From Chloroflexota bacterium (GTDB lineage: Bacteria; Chloroflexota; Dehalococcoidia; Lucifugimonadales; Australimonadaceae), in NCBI GenBank assembly GCA_028874795.1, contig JAPPHT010000070.1, positions 3,519-67,518 on the forward strand: a stretch of 64,000 nt of DNA, read 5' to 3'. The translations under genes and the position numbers were made by a program. Shown one piece after another: positions 46,005 to 56,082 of this stretch; within the stretch, counting starts at the first letter, position 1, and each line of letters opens with the position of its first letter. The notes beneath the pieces were generated by a model, which had not been told where the DNA came from, did not search any database, and saw only the letters and a list, made by a program, of their open reading frames with translations.

Positions 46005-46760
46005 ATGAACGCTCCCGGTCCCGACCCCCAGCCGCTCACGCCAGCCGCGGAACTCCTCGGCGAGGCGCTGAGGGTGTACGCACGCAACGCACTCATGCTG
46101 ATAGCGGTCGCGGCTGCGGGAGCGCTGGCGGGAAACCTGATCGGACTCCTGGTCTCTCCGGTGACCGATGCCCGGTTCGATCTGGTGGACCTTGTCATCG
46201 TTGTGCTGTTCGCCGGGCTTGCCTTCGGGCTCCTGGCCCCGGTCTGGCTGCTGGCGATGCTCGCCCTCAGGCAAGAGCCGCTCACCGCCGTCGCAGTCCT
46301 CTACGGCTTTGTCACGCTCTCACCCAGGTTCTTCACTCTGGGCCTGCTCCTCGGCACAGGCGTCGGAGCATTGGTGCTCCTGTCGGTCTACGTGGAGCTG
46401 TTGTCGCTGCCCGCGCTCGCCGTGCTGATCTTCCTCGGCGTCCGCCTTTCGCTGGTGGGCCCGGTGATCGCACAGGAGGGCGGCACTCCGTTGCGGGCGC
46501 TCGTGCGCAGCTGGCGGCTGGTGGAGGGTCACTGGTGGCGCACGTTCGTCATCCAGCTCCCGGTCGGTGTCTTTGCGTTCATCCTCTCGGAGTTTGCAGG
46601 AAGGGTGGCGGGGGGAGCGGATGCCACGATCGTAGTGATCCTGGTGAGCGCGGCCACGCTGGGTGTGAGCGCACCGCTCATCGCCCTGGTGGAGACGGCG
46701 TTGTACCAGGAATACAGCGGCCAACGGCCGCCTGCGGTTGAGGCCGGCCCGCCCGGATAG
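46005..46760 (+). CDS. Hypothetical polytopic membrane protein
   Basis: 251 aa, about 6 TM helices. No family motif recognised. Confidence 0.5.
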   Translation: MNAPGPDPQPLTPAAELLGEALRVYARNALMLIAVAAAGALAGNLIGLLVSPVTDARFDLVDLVIVVLFAGLAFGLLAPVWLLAMLALRQEPLTAVAVLYGFVTLSPRFFTLGLLLGTGVGALVLLSVYVELLSLPALAVLIFLGVRLSLVGPVIAQEGGTPLRALVRSWRLVEGHWWRTFVIQLPVGVFAFILSEFAGRVAGGADATIVVILVSAATLGVSAPLIALVETALYQEYSGQRPPAVEAGPPG

Positions 46761-46812
46761 AGAAGAGGGGCGCCTGCCCCTCTTCTTCTCGGTGGACGGA
46801 TGCGGTCGCGTC

Positions 46813-48525
46813 TTACTCCAGGAAGTCGCGCAGGAGACGCGAGCGGCTGGGGTGGCGGAGCTTGCGGAGCGCCTTCGCCTCTATCTGGCGTATGCGTTCG
46901 CGCGTGACGCCGAAGTCGCGCCCGACCTCTTCCAGCGTCCGGCTGCGGCCGTCGTCGATGCCGAACCGCAGCTGCAGGACGCGGCGCTCACGTTCGCTCA
47001 ACGTGCCGAGCGCGCGTGCGACCTCCTCGCGGCGGAGCTGGGCCGTCGCGGCTTCGGGCGGAGCGGGAGCGTTGCGGTCCTCGATGAAGTCGCCGAGGTG
47101 GGAGTCCTCCTCCTCGCCGATGGGGGTCTCGAGCGAAACGGGTTCCTGGGCAACCTTCAGGATCTCCCGGACGCGTTCGGGGGGCACCTCCATCCCTTCC
47201 GCGATCTCCTGCGTCGTGGGCTCGCGCCCGTACTCCTGGACGAGACGGCGACTGACGCGCATGAGCTTGTTGATGGTCTCCACCATGTGAACGGGGACAC
47301 GGATCGTACGCGCCTGGTCAGCGATGGCACGCGTGATGGCCTGACGTATCCACCACGTGGCGTACGTGGAGAACTTGTATCCCTTGCGGTAGTCGAACTT
47401 CTCGACCGCCCGGATCAGCCCGATGTTTCCCTCCTGGATGAGGTCCAGAAGGGACATGCCCCGGCCTATGTACTTCTTGGCGACGCTCACGACGAGGCGG
47501 AGGTTCGCTTCCGCGAGGTGACGCTGCGCCTTGATGCCCTGGTCCTCCACCTCCCTGAAATGGCGGTGCAGGATGAACTCGTGGCTCTCCATGTTCTGGC
47601 CGATGTCCGCGTCTTCGATGACGTCCGGCAGGTCGGCTACCGCCACGTCCGCACCAACGATGTCGAGGATCTCGTCCGGCAGGACGTGGCTGTTCAGCGC
47701 AAGCTGGATGATCTGCTGGCCGACCTCAACCGGCTCCACCTGGTAGCGCGCCGCAAGGGTCTCCAGCATCTCCGGGTTCAGCTCGCCGTCCACGTTCGCC
47801 CGGAGTTTCTCGTTGTGGAGCAACTCACCGAGCGTTATCTCCTCTTCGATAGCCAGCCATTCCGTGACAGCTTCCAGCAGGTCGCGCTGCTCATGGATGC
47901 GGCGCAGCAGCTGTTTCGCAAGCTCGGTGTCCCGGGGGTTGCGCTGCGATTCCGCGCGCAACTCGTTCTGGCATTTCTCAACGTGTTTGTAGGACGCCCG
48001 CTGCAGGGCCAGGCGGCGTTCGTCCGCGGCGGTCAGCAGTGTCACCCGGCCGATCTCGCGCAGGTACATGCGGACCGGGTCGTCGATGACGTCTCCCTCA
48101 ACCTCCTCCTGCTGAGCGTCGGTGATGGCCTCTTTGGCCTCCTCCTCGGTTGCCTTGATCTCCTCCGCGTCCGGCTCGTCGGTGGGCTTGTCGAGCACGA
48201 CGGACGCGACCGCGACGGCGGATGCATACGCCTCGCTCATCTCAGCGGTCGCCGCTCCATTCACACCGTTGGCGGAGTGCGCCCCCGTGTCGACAACGGC
48301 GACGGCTGCTTCCGTGCCGTTCGCCTCAACCTCCCCGGGCGCCTGGCCGACCGCGCCGTTCCTGGCGCGGAAACGGGGCCGCGCCGCCCTCGGTGCGGGC
48401 CTGGCCAGCGGCGTCCTCGACATGGTCTTCACGGCGCTCCTGACGCGGCTCTTCGCCGGGGCGTTGCTCGTTGTAGCGGTGCTCTTCCGAGCGGTGGTGG
48501 TCTTCTGCCTGGTTGCCAAATGCAT
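46813..48525 (-). CDS. rpoD: RNA polymerase primary sigma factor
   Basis: [27 protein letters not shown], region 4 ([20 protein letters not shown]). Start set at ATG 48525, downstream of the dnaG stop. The ORF-track start at 48753 overlaps dnaG. The exact start is uncertain. Confidence 0.9.
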   Translation of the reverse strand: MHLATRQKTTTARKSTATTSNAPAKSRVRSAVKTMSRTPLARPAPRAARPRFRARNGAVGQAPGEVEANGTEAAVAVVDTGAHSANGVNGAATAEMSEAYASAVAVASVVLDKPTDEPDAEEIKATEEEAKEAITDAQQEEVEGDVIDDPVRMYLREIGRVTLLTAADERRLALQRASYKHVEKCQNELRAESQRNPRDTELAKQLLRRIHEQRDLLEAVTEWLAIEEEITLGELLHNEKLRANVDGELNPEMLETLAARYQVEPVEVGQQIIQLALNSHVLPDEILDIVGADVAVADLPDVIEDADIGQNMESHEFILHRHFREVEDQGIKAQRHLAEANLRLVVSVAKKYIGRGMSLLDLIQEGNIGLIRAVEKFDYRKGYKFSTYATWWIRQAITRAIADQARTIRVPVHMVETINKLMRVSRRLVQEYGREPTTQEIAEGMEVPPERVREILKVAQEPVSLETPIGEEEDSHLGDFIEDRNAPAPPEAATAQLRREEVARALGTLSERERRVLQLRFGIDDGRSRTLEEVGRDFGVTRERIRQIEAKALRKLRHPSRSRLLRDFLE

Positions 48526-48563
48526 CCTCCTCGATGGGGAGAGGGTCTTGCGCTCCGGGCGGA

Positions 48564-50402
48564 TCAGTCGGGACCCCTGTTGAAGATATCCCGCAGTCGT
48601 TCGTTGATCTCCAGGGCCTGCCGCTGCACGGCCTGCACGTATTCGGGGTCTTCCGGGGCGTCGCCGACGGCGTCCGAGGAGAACGCTGCCGCCTCTTGCG
48701 CTTTCAGATCGCGGAGGCGCCTCTCCTCGAGCCTCCGCAAACAACCATCCCATTCCTCGGTGCGCTGCTTCCGATCGGCGGGAGGAAGCGCCTCCAGCGA
48801 GTGCCTGACCAGACGGTCGGCAAGTTGGCCGTCGAGCTGCGCTAACGCACCTTCCATCGTACCAGCATCCCTGAGGGCGAACAAGACGGCCCGGTTCTCA
48901 GGACGGACGAATGTTTCGGGCTCAACCTCGCCCACACGCGCCAGGAGCTCTTCGTCCTGGGACGCCAGGGCGAGCACGCGCTCCTCCAGCGGGTCGTGCT
49001 CTGCGATGGAGAATACGGACTCCACCTGCCCGTTCCCGGCCTCAGGAGCGGGGCGCCTGCCGGCTCGCTGCGTGCGCAGCGGTCCCTGCAGGCGGCCAAC
49101 CGCAGCCTCCAACGTGGAGACCGGTACGCCGACTATCCCGGCGAGACGCGTGAAGTAGTGTTCCTGGTCCGCCCAGTCCGGCATCGCGAATATGACCGGC
49201 AGGAGCCGCTCCACCAGTGCCGACTTCCCCTGCGCAGTGCCGATGTCCAGGCGAGCGGCCTCGGCATGCATGAGGAACTCCACGGCCGGGACGGCGTCGG
49301 ACAGCAGCCTCTGCCATTGACCGGGGTCTGTGCGGATCAGCTCGTCCGGGTCCTTGCCCGTCGTGATGAGGGCGATCCGCAGCGAGGAGATGTCGTCCGG
49401 GCGGTTCAGCACCTCCGTGCGCCTGCGACCCGCCGCAACGCTCCCCACGAGCTCCCACGTCGTTCGCAGGGACTGGAGCATGGCCTCCTGCCCCGCGGCG
49501 TCGGCGTCGAGCGCGAGAACGATGCGCTGCGCGCGCGCCTTCAGCAGCGAGACCTGGGTCTCGGTAAGGGCCGTGCCCATGGACGCAACGACGTTCCTGT
49601 AGCCGTGCTCGTGCGCGGCGATGACGTCCATGTAGCCTTCCACGACCACTGCCTCGCCCTCGGCGCCGATGGCCTCCCGGGCGCGGTCGAGCGCGTAGAG
49701 CATCCGCCCCTTGTCGAACACCGAGGTCTGCGGCGTGTTGATGTACTTCGGGTCGGAGCCGTCCAGCGAGCGCCCGGCGAACCCGGCGATGCGCCCGTCG
49801 GTGTCCCGGAGCGGAAACATCAGCCGACCGCGGAACATGTCCCGCGACGGAATCCCGTCGTCACCCCGCAGGACGAGCCCGGACCGGAGCAGGAGGTCAT
49901 CGCCGAAGCCGAGTGCGCCAAGGCTCCGCAGCAGCTCGCTGCCGGTGGACGGGGCGTAACCGATGCCGAAACGGGCAACAGCCTCTTCCCCGATGTGCCG
50001 TGCTCCTACATATGTACGTGCATACGCCCCACGTTCAGCGATAAAGGACTGCCTGAAGAACTGCTGCGCAGAATCGTTGAGGGCGTAGAGCGGGTCGTCG
50101 TCGTTCCGCTGCCGGCGCTCCTCGATGCGGACGCCGGCCTGCGCGGCGAGCAGCCGCATCGCCCCGTTGAAGTCCGTGTCCTCCCTCCGCATGACGAACG
50201 AGAACATGTCTCCGCCGGTGGCGCATCCGCCGAAGCAGCGCCAGGTCTGGCTCGTGGGGAACACGACGAAGGAGGGAGTGTTCTCCTGGTGGAAGGGGCA
50301 GCGCGCCTTGTAGCTCGAGCCCGTTCGCTTCAGGTCCGGGACGTAGCCGGAGACGACATCGACGATGTCGAGGCGCGCCCTGATGTCGTCCACGGTGCTC
50401 AT
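48564..50402 (-). CDS. dnaG: DNA primase
   Basis: [13 protein letters not shown] zinc-binding motif and Toprim ([10 protein letters not shown]). ATG 50402 has a GGGGGAG RBS. Upstream ORF residues are repeat DNA. Confidence 0.9.
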   Translation of the reverse strand: MSTVDDIRARLDIVDVVSGYVPDLKRTGSSYKARCPFHQENTPSFVVFPTSQTWRCFGGCATGGDMFSFVMRREDTDFNGAMRLLAAQAGVRIEERRQRNDDDPLYALNDSAQQFFRQSFIAERGAYARTYVGARHIGEEAVARFGIGYAPSTGSELLRSLGALGFGDDLLLRSGLVLRGDDGIPSRDMFRGRLMFPLRDTDGRIAGFAGRSLDGSDPKYINTPQTSVFDKGRMLYALDRAREAIGAEGEAVVVEGYMDVIAAHEHGYRNVVASMGTALTETQVSLLKARAQRIVLALDADAAGQEAMLQSLRTTWELVGSVAAGRRRTEVLNRPDDISSLRIALITTGKDPDELIRTDPGQWQRLLSDAVPAVEFLMHAEAARLDIGTAQGKSALVERLLPVIFAMPDWADQEHYFTRLAGIVGVPVSTLEAAVGRLQGPLRTQRAGRRPAPEAGNGQVESVFSIAEHDPLEERVLALASQDEELLARVGEVEPETFVRPENRAVLFALRDAGTMEGALAQLDGQLADRLVRHSLEALPPADRKQRTEEWDGCLRRLEERRLRDLKAQEAAAFSSDAVGDAPEDPEYVQAVQRQALEINERLRDIFNRGPD

Positions 50403-50496
50403 GCTCCCCCACTTGATTCTACGTCCTGGGGCCCGCCGGGGTTGCACGTTTTTGGCCGCTCTATGCGCACAGGAACCGGTAGCGTAACCTGCCCGC

Positions 50497-50525
50497 CAGA
50501 GATTCCCGCCTTCGCGGGGATGACG
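50497..50525. repeat. R1 module abutting the MFS reading frame
   Basis: CAGAGATTCCCGCCTTCGCGGGGATGACG. Its TGA (50521-50523) is the stop that opens the MFS frame. Confidence 0.8.
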
Positions 50526-50535
50526 AGAGAAGACC

Positions 50536-51846
50536 ATCACGAACCCGAAACCCAGGCCCCGCATCTTCTACGGCTGGTACATCCTTGGCGTCATCCTGCT
50601 GACCGGGCTGTTCGCAGGCCCCACGAGCCAGGTATTCATCGGCGTGCTGGTCCGCCCCATCAGCGAGGACACGGGTTGGAGCGCGACCGCCATCGCGGGA
50701 GCCGTGACGGTCGGCGGAGTGCTGGCAGGCGTGGGCGCCCCGTTGGTGGGGTTCATGGCCGACCGTTACAGCCCCCGCATCCTCATGACGCTCGGCGTCG
50801 TACTCATGGGAGCGTCGTTCTTCTTTATCGCCGCGGCGCCAAGCGTCTGGGTGCTGGTGGTCGGCTATGCGGTTGCACGGGGGATCGCGCAGAACATGAT
50901 CGCGGGCGTCGTCCCGCGCGTCATCGTCGTCAACTGGTTCCGCCGCATGCGCGGGCGCGCCATCGGACTCGTCGGCACCGCTCATCCCATCGGAACGTTC
51001 GTCCTGGGGCCTGTCGCGCTGTTCATCATCGGCACGGGGCTGGGCTGGCGCGGCGTGTGGGTCATCTTCGGCATCGCCGTCATCGTTCTCCTCGTGCTGC
51101 CGAACGCGCTGGTCATCCGGCGAACGCCCGAAGAGATGGGGCTGCTGCCGGACGGCGACCTTGCGGCGGACGGGGGCCAGGATGCGGCGATAGCGGCGAG
51201 TGCCCGGGAAGCTGAGCAGTCCTGGACCTTCGGCGAGGCGGTACGCACTCGGGCGCTCACGCTCATCATCCTCTCCATCGTGCTCGCGAACTACGGCGGC
51301 GGCGGGCTGCCGTTCCACATGCCGCAGATCTACGCGGACCAGGGCCTCGGAGAGGCGACGGGAGTCGCCGCCGTCAGCATGTTCGCCATCTCCGGCGCGT
51401 TCGCCAACACGCTCTGGGGCTTCCTGGCGGAGCGCATCTCGGAGCGCCTCCTGGGCATCTTCACGATGCTCATGGGCGCGGTGCTCGCGCTGTGCTTCCC
51501 GTTCGTCTCACACCCCATAGCGGCGGTGAGTTACGGCATGTTGCTCGGCGTGGCCATGAGGGGCGAAGCCTCCATCCTCTTGATCCTGGTAGCCAACTAC
51601 TACGGCAGGCGTTCCTACGGCGCCATCTCCGGCCTCGTGCAGACCGCGATCCTCGTCGGCCTCGCGCTCGGTCCGGTCATCATGGCGCAGGTGCGGGAGT
51701 CGACAGACTCCTACCTGCCCGTCTTCTACTCCGGGGCTGTAACCTTCACCATCGCAGCCGTGCTGCTGGCATTCGCCACGAAACCGGAGCGTCCGCTGCG
51801 CCCGTCGACAAGCGCAACCACGACAGCAGGGGGGAACCAGCCATGA
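50536..51846 (+). CDS. MFS transporter; no canonical start codon upstream of TM1
   Basis: The frame is open from 50524 and encodes ..KPRPRIFYGWYILGVILLTGLFAG (TM1). The first ATG/GTG/TTG in frame is GTG 50644. 50536 is an ATC codon. See findings. Confidence 0.7.
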   Translation: MTNPKPRPRIFYGWYILGVILLTGLFAGPTSQVFIGVLVRPISEDTGWSATAIAGAVTVGGVLAGVGAPLVGFMADRYSPRILMTLGVVLMGASFFFIAAAPSVWVLVVGYAVARGIAQNMIAGVVPRVIVVNWFRRMRGRAIGLVGTAHPIGTFVLGPVALFIIGTGLGWRGVWVIFGIAVIVLLVLPNALVIRRTPEEMGLLPDGDLAADGGQDAAIAASAREAEQSWTFGEAVRTRALTLIILSIVLANYGGGGLPFHMPQIYADQGLGEATGVAAVSMFAISGAFANTLWGFLAERISERLLGIFTMLMGAVLALCFPFVSHPIAAVSYGMLLGVAMRGEASILLILVANYYGRRSYGAISGLVQTAILVGLALGPVIMAQVRESTDSYLPVFYSGAVTFTIAAVLLAFATKPERPLRPSTSATTTAGGNQP

Positions 51847-52589
51847 CAACGTCCACCGACGTAGAAGCGCTGAAGCGCCAGGTAGCCGAGAGTTCGCATG
51901 TACTGGACCACCAGGGACTGGTGGACTTCCACGGCCACATCAGCGCGCGCGTGCCGGGCACGCGCGTGCTCTACATCAAGCCGGTGCTCCGAGCCCACAA
52001 CCAGATACGCCCGGAGGACATCATCGCAGTCGACATCGATGCCTACCTCGCGGGCGGCGACGCGCAGTGGACGCCGGACGACCAGCGCGGCCGGACGATA
52101 GACGCACCCGTTCCGCCCAGGGAGACCGCGCTGCACGCCGCCATCATGCGGGCGAGGCCGGACGTCAACTCCGTCGTCCATACGCATCAGCTCGTGGCGA
52201 CGGCCGTCGGAGCGGGCAACGTTCCGATCAGGGTGCTGTACAACCAGGCCGTACCGTTCGCGCCGGAGACGCCCATCTACGAGAAGCCGGACCTCATCAC
52301 GACGACCGCCCAGGGGGAAGAGGTCGCCGCGGCGCTCGGGGACCGGGGCGCGGCGCTGCTTCGCGGCCATGGCGTCGTTGTGGTCGGCGAGTCGATGGAC
52401 CACTCGGTCTCGAACACGATCTACCTGGAGCGCGCCGCGATCATCCAGGTCATCGCTTCGATCGTGGGAACGCCGACGCCGCTCACGGACGAGTACGCGG
52501 CGCGGTTCGGCGCGGACTGGTCACGCCGCGCGTCGCACGCCTACGAATACTTCCGCTCGCTCGTGCCGAGCCTCAAGACGCTGGAGTAG
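51843..52589 (+). CDS. Class II aldolase/adducin-family protein
   Basis: DFHGHISARVPG.., SVVHTHQLVATA, LLRGHGVVVVGES. ATGA overlap with the MFS gene. Confidence 0.8.
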   Translation: MTTSTDVEALKRQVAESSHVLDHQGLVDFHGHISARVPGTRVLYIKPVLRAHNQIRPEDIIAVDIDAYLAGGDAQWTPDDQRGRTIDAPVPPRETALHAAIMRARPDVNSVVHTHQLVATAVGAGNVPIRVLYNQAVPFAPETPIYEKPDLITTTAQGEEVAAALGDRGAALLRGHGVVVVGESMDHSVSNTIYLERAAIIQVIASIVGTPTPLTDEYAARFGADWSRRASHAYEYFRSLVPSLKTLE

Positions 52590-52825
52590 AGGGAGACCCA
52601 CAGGGGACGTGTGGGTGATGACGCATTCCAAAGCTGAGGTGAACCTGCGCGGCTCTGGACCGGAGGTCACGAGTTGCCTGGAGGCGTAAAGTATGTCTCC
52701 GAACACCCGTAAACCATGTCTCCGTTCCATACACCTCCAGGGAGTGAGGGCCGGAACCCTATGCCTCTCCCCACCGCGTGCGCTGTCGCGCACCCCGGAT
52801 CTCCGCGCTCGCGGGAATGCGAACC

Positions 52826-53581
52826 CTAGCGCTGGGCGAGGGCGGCGTAGTGGCGCCAGATGCCGCTGGGCTTGCGGGGCGTGGGAGCCACCTCCGGCGT
52901 GAGATGGTCCGCTTCCGGCATGGAGCGCATGTTCGCGGCGAACTCGGCGCGTTGCTCCGGCGTGAGCACGGCGTGTCCGCTGCCGACGGCGCAGAACGCG
53001 AGGTAGTTCATGCGCGCCTGCTCCTCCAGGTGCAGCATGTTGACCATGGCGTCCTCCATGTCCCCGCCGACGGTCGCGGCGCCGTGTCCCTGGAGGAGGA
53101 TGGCGCTGTGCCCGCCCATGAGACGCGCGACCTCCGCGCCGTCCTTCTCGTGGATGATGAGACGCGGGCTGGGGAACATGGGCAGCGGCTCCGCGAAGAG
53201 CGGCATCCCCTCGATGCACATCGGGCCCATCTGCTCCTGCAGCACACTCATCAGCACGGTGTAGCGCGGGTGGACGTGCACGACCGAGTTCACGTCCGGG
53301 CGCTCGCGCAGCAGGCAGGAGTGCATCTTCACCTCGTTGGGGAGGTTCAGCTCCTTCGGGCCGCCGGCCTTGTAGCCGTTCACGTCCACAACCACCATAT
53401 GCTCCGCGTAGGTCTGTGAGAGCGCTGGGCCCAGCGACTTGATGACGAACCTGTCCGGCTCGTCCGGCAGGCGGAAGCTCACGTGCCCCCGTTCGATGGT
53501 GGAGGCGTCGGCGAGCCCCATCTCATACAGCATCCGGTTCGCCAGAGCGACCTCTTCCATGAGTTCGTTCAGGTCTGGCAT
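52826..53581 (-). CDS. Class II aldolase/adducin-family protein (second copy)
   Basis: GHVSFRLPD.., SVVHVHPRYTVL, LLQGHGAATVGG. Confidence 0.8.
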   Translation of the reverse strand: MPDLNELMEEVALANRMLYEMGLADASTIERGHVSFRLPDEPDRFVIKSLGPALSQTYAEHMVVVDVNGYKAGGPKELNLPNEVKMHSCLLRERPDVNSVVHVHPRYTVLMSVLQEQMGPMCIEGMPLFAEPLPMFPSPRLIIHEKDGAEVARLMGGHSAILLQGHGAATVGGDMEDAMVNMLHLEEQARMNYLAFCAVGSGHAVLTPEQRAEFAANMRSMPEADHLTPEVAPTPRKPSGIWRHYAALAQR

Positions 53582-53644
53582 CGTTGGCCTCCTTGTTGTC
53601 GTTCGAGCGAGTAGGGCAAGCCCTCTCCGTTCCCCGACGGGGAA

Positions 53645-55054
53645 TCACCCCAGCGGGGGCTGACGCAGGTGCCAGTCGGTCGCCGCCTGGTAGGTGTGCA
53701 CGGCGCGGAGCACGAGAGCGTCGTCCAGTCGCGCGCCTCCCAGCATGAGGCCGATGGGCAAGGCGTCCGGCGAGAACCCGCACGGCACGGACGCGCTCGG
53801 CATGCGCGCCAGATTGAAGACGCGGGTGAGGCGCAGCAGCGCCTCCCTCGACGATATCTCGACGCCCCCGAGCGTGAGCATGTCCTGCTCCGCCAGCGGC
53901 GCCGGCGTGGCCACGGTGGGCATCGCGATCAGGTCGACGCGCGTGAGTGCCTGCGCGACTGCCCGCGCATACTTGACGCGGGCCCGCTGCGCCTTCGCGT
54001 ACGCCGTGGCGGGGACGAAGAACCCGGACTCGAAGCGGCGGCGCGTCACCTGGTCCATCCGGTCGCCGTGTTCCAGCACGCGCGCGCCGTGCGCCATCGT
54101 TGCCTCGGCGATCGTGATGCCGGCTGCCACGGGCGGCGTCCACTCCAGCTCCGGCAGCGATATCTCCATCACCTGCGCGCCGAGCCCCTCCAGCGTCCGC
54201 ATAGCGGCCTCGAACGCGAGAGCCACGTCCGTGTCCAGCGGCTCCCAGACGTACTGCACGGGCACCCCGACGCGCAGCCCGCCGATGCCGCCCTGCAGCG
54301 ACGCGACGTAGTCCACCCTGGGAGCAGTGATGGAGACAGGGTCGCGCTCGTCCGGCCCAGCGAGGACGTTCAGCATCAGCGCGAGGTCCTCGACCGTGCG
54401 CGCCATCGGGCCGGCGGTGTCGAGCGAGTGCGACAGCGGCGTCACACCGTACCTGCTCACGAGCCCGAACGTGGGCTTGATGCCGGAGATGCCGCAGAGG
54501 GCGGACGGGATGCGGATGGAGCCGCCCGTGTCGGAGCCCAGCCCCATCGGAAAGAAGCCCGAGGCGACGCCCGCGCCCGTGCCGCTGGACGAGCCCCCCG
54601 GCATGCGGCCCTCGCCCCACGGGTTGCGCGGCATGCCGTAGGTGGCGTTCTGACCCGTGGGCCCGAACGCGAACTCGACGGTGTTGACCTTGCCCACGGG
54701 TATCGCACCCGCCTCGCGGAGCAGCCGAACGGCGGTGGCGTCCTCGTCCGGTACGAACTCGGCGTCGAGCGCGGAGCCGGATGTCGTGGGTATGCCGGCG
54801 CTCCAGTAGATGTCCTTGACGCCGAACGGCACGCCGTGCAGCGGGCCACGCGGCCGCCCCGCGGCGAGCTCGGTGTCGGCGGTGCGGGCGTCGGCCATCG
54901 CCTGCTCGAAGGTGGGCGTGATGAACACGCGTACCTCCGGCCCGAGGGCGTCGGCGTGGGCCACGAACGCGCCCACGGCCTCCGTCGAGGAGATCTCCTT
55001 CGCGGCTATGCGCCCCGCCAGGTCGGATGCAGGGAGAGAAGTGATGTCCGTCAT
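53645..55054 (-). CDS. Amidase-signature (AS) family amidase
   Basis: GGSSSGTGAGVASG...GSDTGGSIRIPSALCG signature and the upstream Lys (GVKDIY). Confidence 0.85.
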   Translation of the reverse strand: MTDITSLPASDLAGRIAAKEISSTEAVGAFVAHADALGPEVRVFITPTFEQAMADARTADTELAAGRPRGPLHGVPFGVKDIYWSAGIPTTSGSALDAEFVPDEDATAVRLLREAGAIPVGKVNTVEFAFGPTGQNATYGMPRNPWGEGRMPGGSSSGTGAGVASGFFPMGLGSDTGGSIRIPSALCGISGIKPTFGLVSRYGVTPLSHSLDTAGPMARTVEDLALMLNVLAGPDERDPVSITAPRVDYVASLQGGIGGLRVGVPVQYVWEPLDTDVALAFEAAMRTLEGLGAQVMEISLPELEWTPPVAAGITIAEATMAHGARVLEHGDRMDQVTRRRFESGFFVPATAYAKAQRARVKYARAVAQALTRVDLIAMPTVATPAPLAEQDMLTLGGVEISSREALLRLTRVFNLARMPSASVPCGFSPDALPIGLMLGGARLDDALVLRAVHTYQAATDWHLRQPPLG

Positions 55055-55236
55055 TCCAGGCCTCCGACCGCCTGTTCTATGGGGATGTCGTCGACCGGGA
55101 TGGCATCGAGCGGAGCGAGGCGTCCGGCCAATGCCTCCACCTCCGGGCGCAGCTTCTCCAGGTGTTCAGGGTCGGCATTCAGCCCCACGGCGCGCGCCCA
55201 CGCCGAGAAAGCGTCCGGGGTCAGTTCGGGGGCCAT
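55051..55236 (-). CDS. Small AtzG/GatC-like amidase partner protein (DUF4089-like)
   Basis: 61 aa from ATG 55236 (GGAG about 10 nt upstream). Its stop overlaps the amidase start (ATGA). MAPELTPDAFSAWARAVGLNADPEHLEKLRPEVEAL resembles AtzG-type helper proteins. Confidence 0.55.
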   Translation of the reverse strand: MAPELTPDAFSAWARAVGLNADPEHLEKLRPEVEALAGRLAPLDAIPVDDIPIEQAVGGLE

Positions 55237-55304
55237 GGCACACTCCGTCGGACAGGCTGCGCGCAAGTATAGTCGCGCGAGACGTTCGTGATGGAGTGCG
55301 TCCC

Positions 55305-55341
55305 CAGAGATTGCTCGACTCCGCTGAGAATGACAGTCGCC
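55305..55341. repeat. Shortened R3 module
   Basis: CAGAGATTGCTCGACTCCGCTGAGAATGACAGTCGCC. Confidence 0.7.
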
Positions 55342-55405
55342 CTACCTACCTTGGAGTACTCTCTCCATTGGAAGCAGTGGGAGCGACGAGGCATATAATG
55401 CGGAG

Positions 55406-56074
55406 GTGAGTATCCCCTTCCGCGCCATCGTCTTCGATTTCGACGGACTGATAGTCGACTCCGAGCAGCCCATCTACGAGGCGTACCGTACCCTCTTTGC
55501 GGAGCTTGGCGCGACGCTGCCGTTGAGCGTCTGGCAGGACGTGATAGGCAGCAGCACCGCGAACGCCGCGGCCTTCGTCCACCTGGAGAACAGCATCGGG
55601 CGGAAGGTCGATCGAGAGGCGATGCGCCAGCAGGCGCGGGCGATCCGCGGGGAAGGGACGCTCACGCTTCCACCGCGTGAGGGCGTCGCCGAACTCATCT
55701 CCGAAGCGAAGCAGGCCGGACTCACGCTCGCGGTGGCGTCGAGCTCGACGTTCGCGTGGGTGAACGGCCACCTCGACCGACTGGGGCTGCTCTCGTCGTT
55801 CGACGCCCTCTGCACACGAGAGGATGTGGAGGAGACGAAGCCACACCCCGCGCTCTACCAACTTGCGCTCGAACGGCTGGGCATGGCGCCGCACGAGGCG
55901 TTCGCCATCGAAGACTCGCCGAACGGCGTGACGGCGGCGAAGTCGGCAGGGCTGCGCTGCGTCGCCGCGCCGAACCCGATCACCGCGGGCATGGACCTGC
56001 GCCACGCGGACCACGTGCTGCCGTCGCTCGCGGGCGTCTCGCTCGCACAGGTCGTCGCGGGGCTGGTGGGATAG
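55406..56074 (+). CDS. HAD-superfamily hydrolase (subfamily IA, beta-phosphoglucomutase-like)
   Basis: IVFDFDGLIVDSE (DxDG), VASSS, EDSPNGVTAAKSAG motifs. Confidence 0.8.
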   Translation: MSIPFRAIVFDFDGLIVDSEQPIYEAYRTLFAELGATLPLSVWQDVIGSSTANAAAFVHLENSIGRKVDREAMRQQARAIRGEGTLTLPPREGVAELISEAKQAGLTLAVASSSTFAWVNGHLDRLGLLSSFDALCTREDVEETKPHPALYQLALERLGMAPHEAFAIEDSPNGVTAAKSAGLRCVAAPNPITAGMDLRHADHVLPSLAGVSLAQVVAGLVG

Positions 56075-56082
56075 AGCAACCC

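Noticed and set aside
46738-49158. 806-aa ORF on the plus strand, and 48996..51215 (739 aa)
   Set aside because: They are antisense to rpoD and dnaG, with no recognisable domains. This is a typical high-GC shadow ORF.
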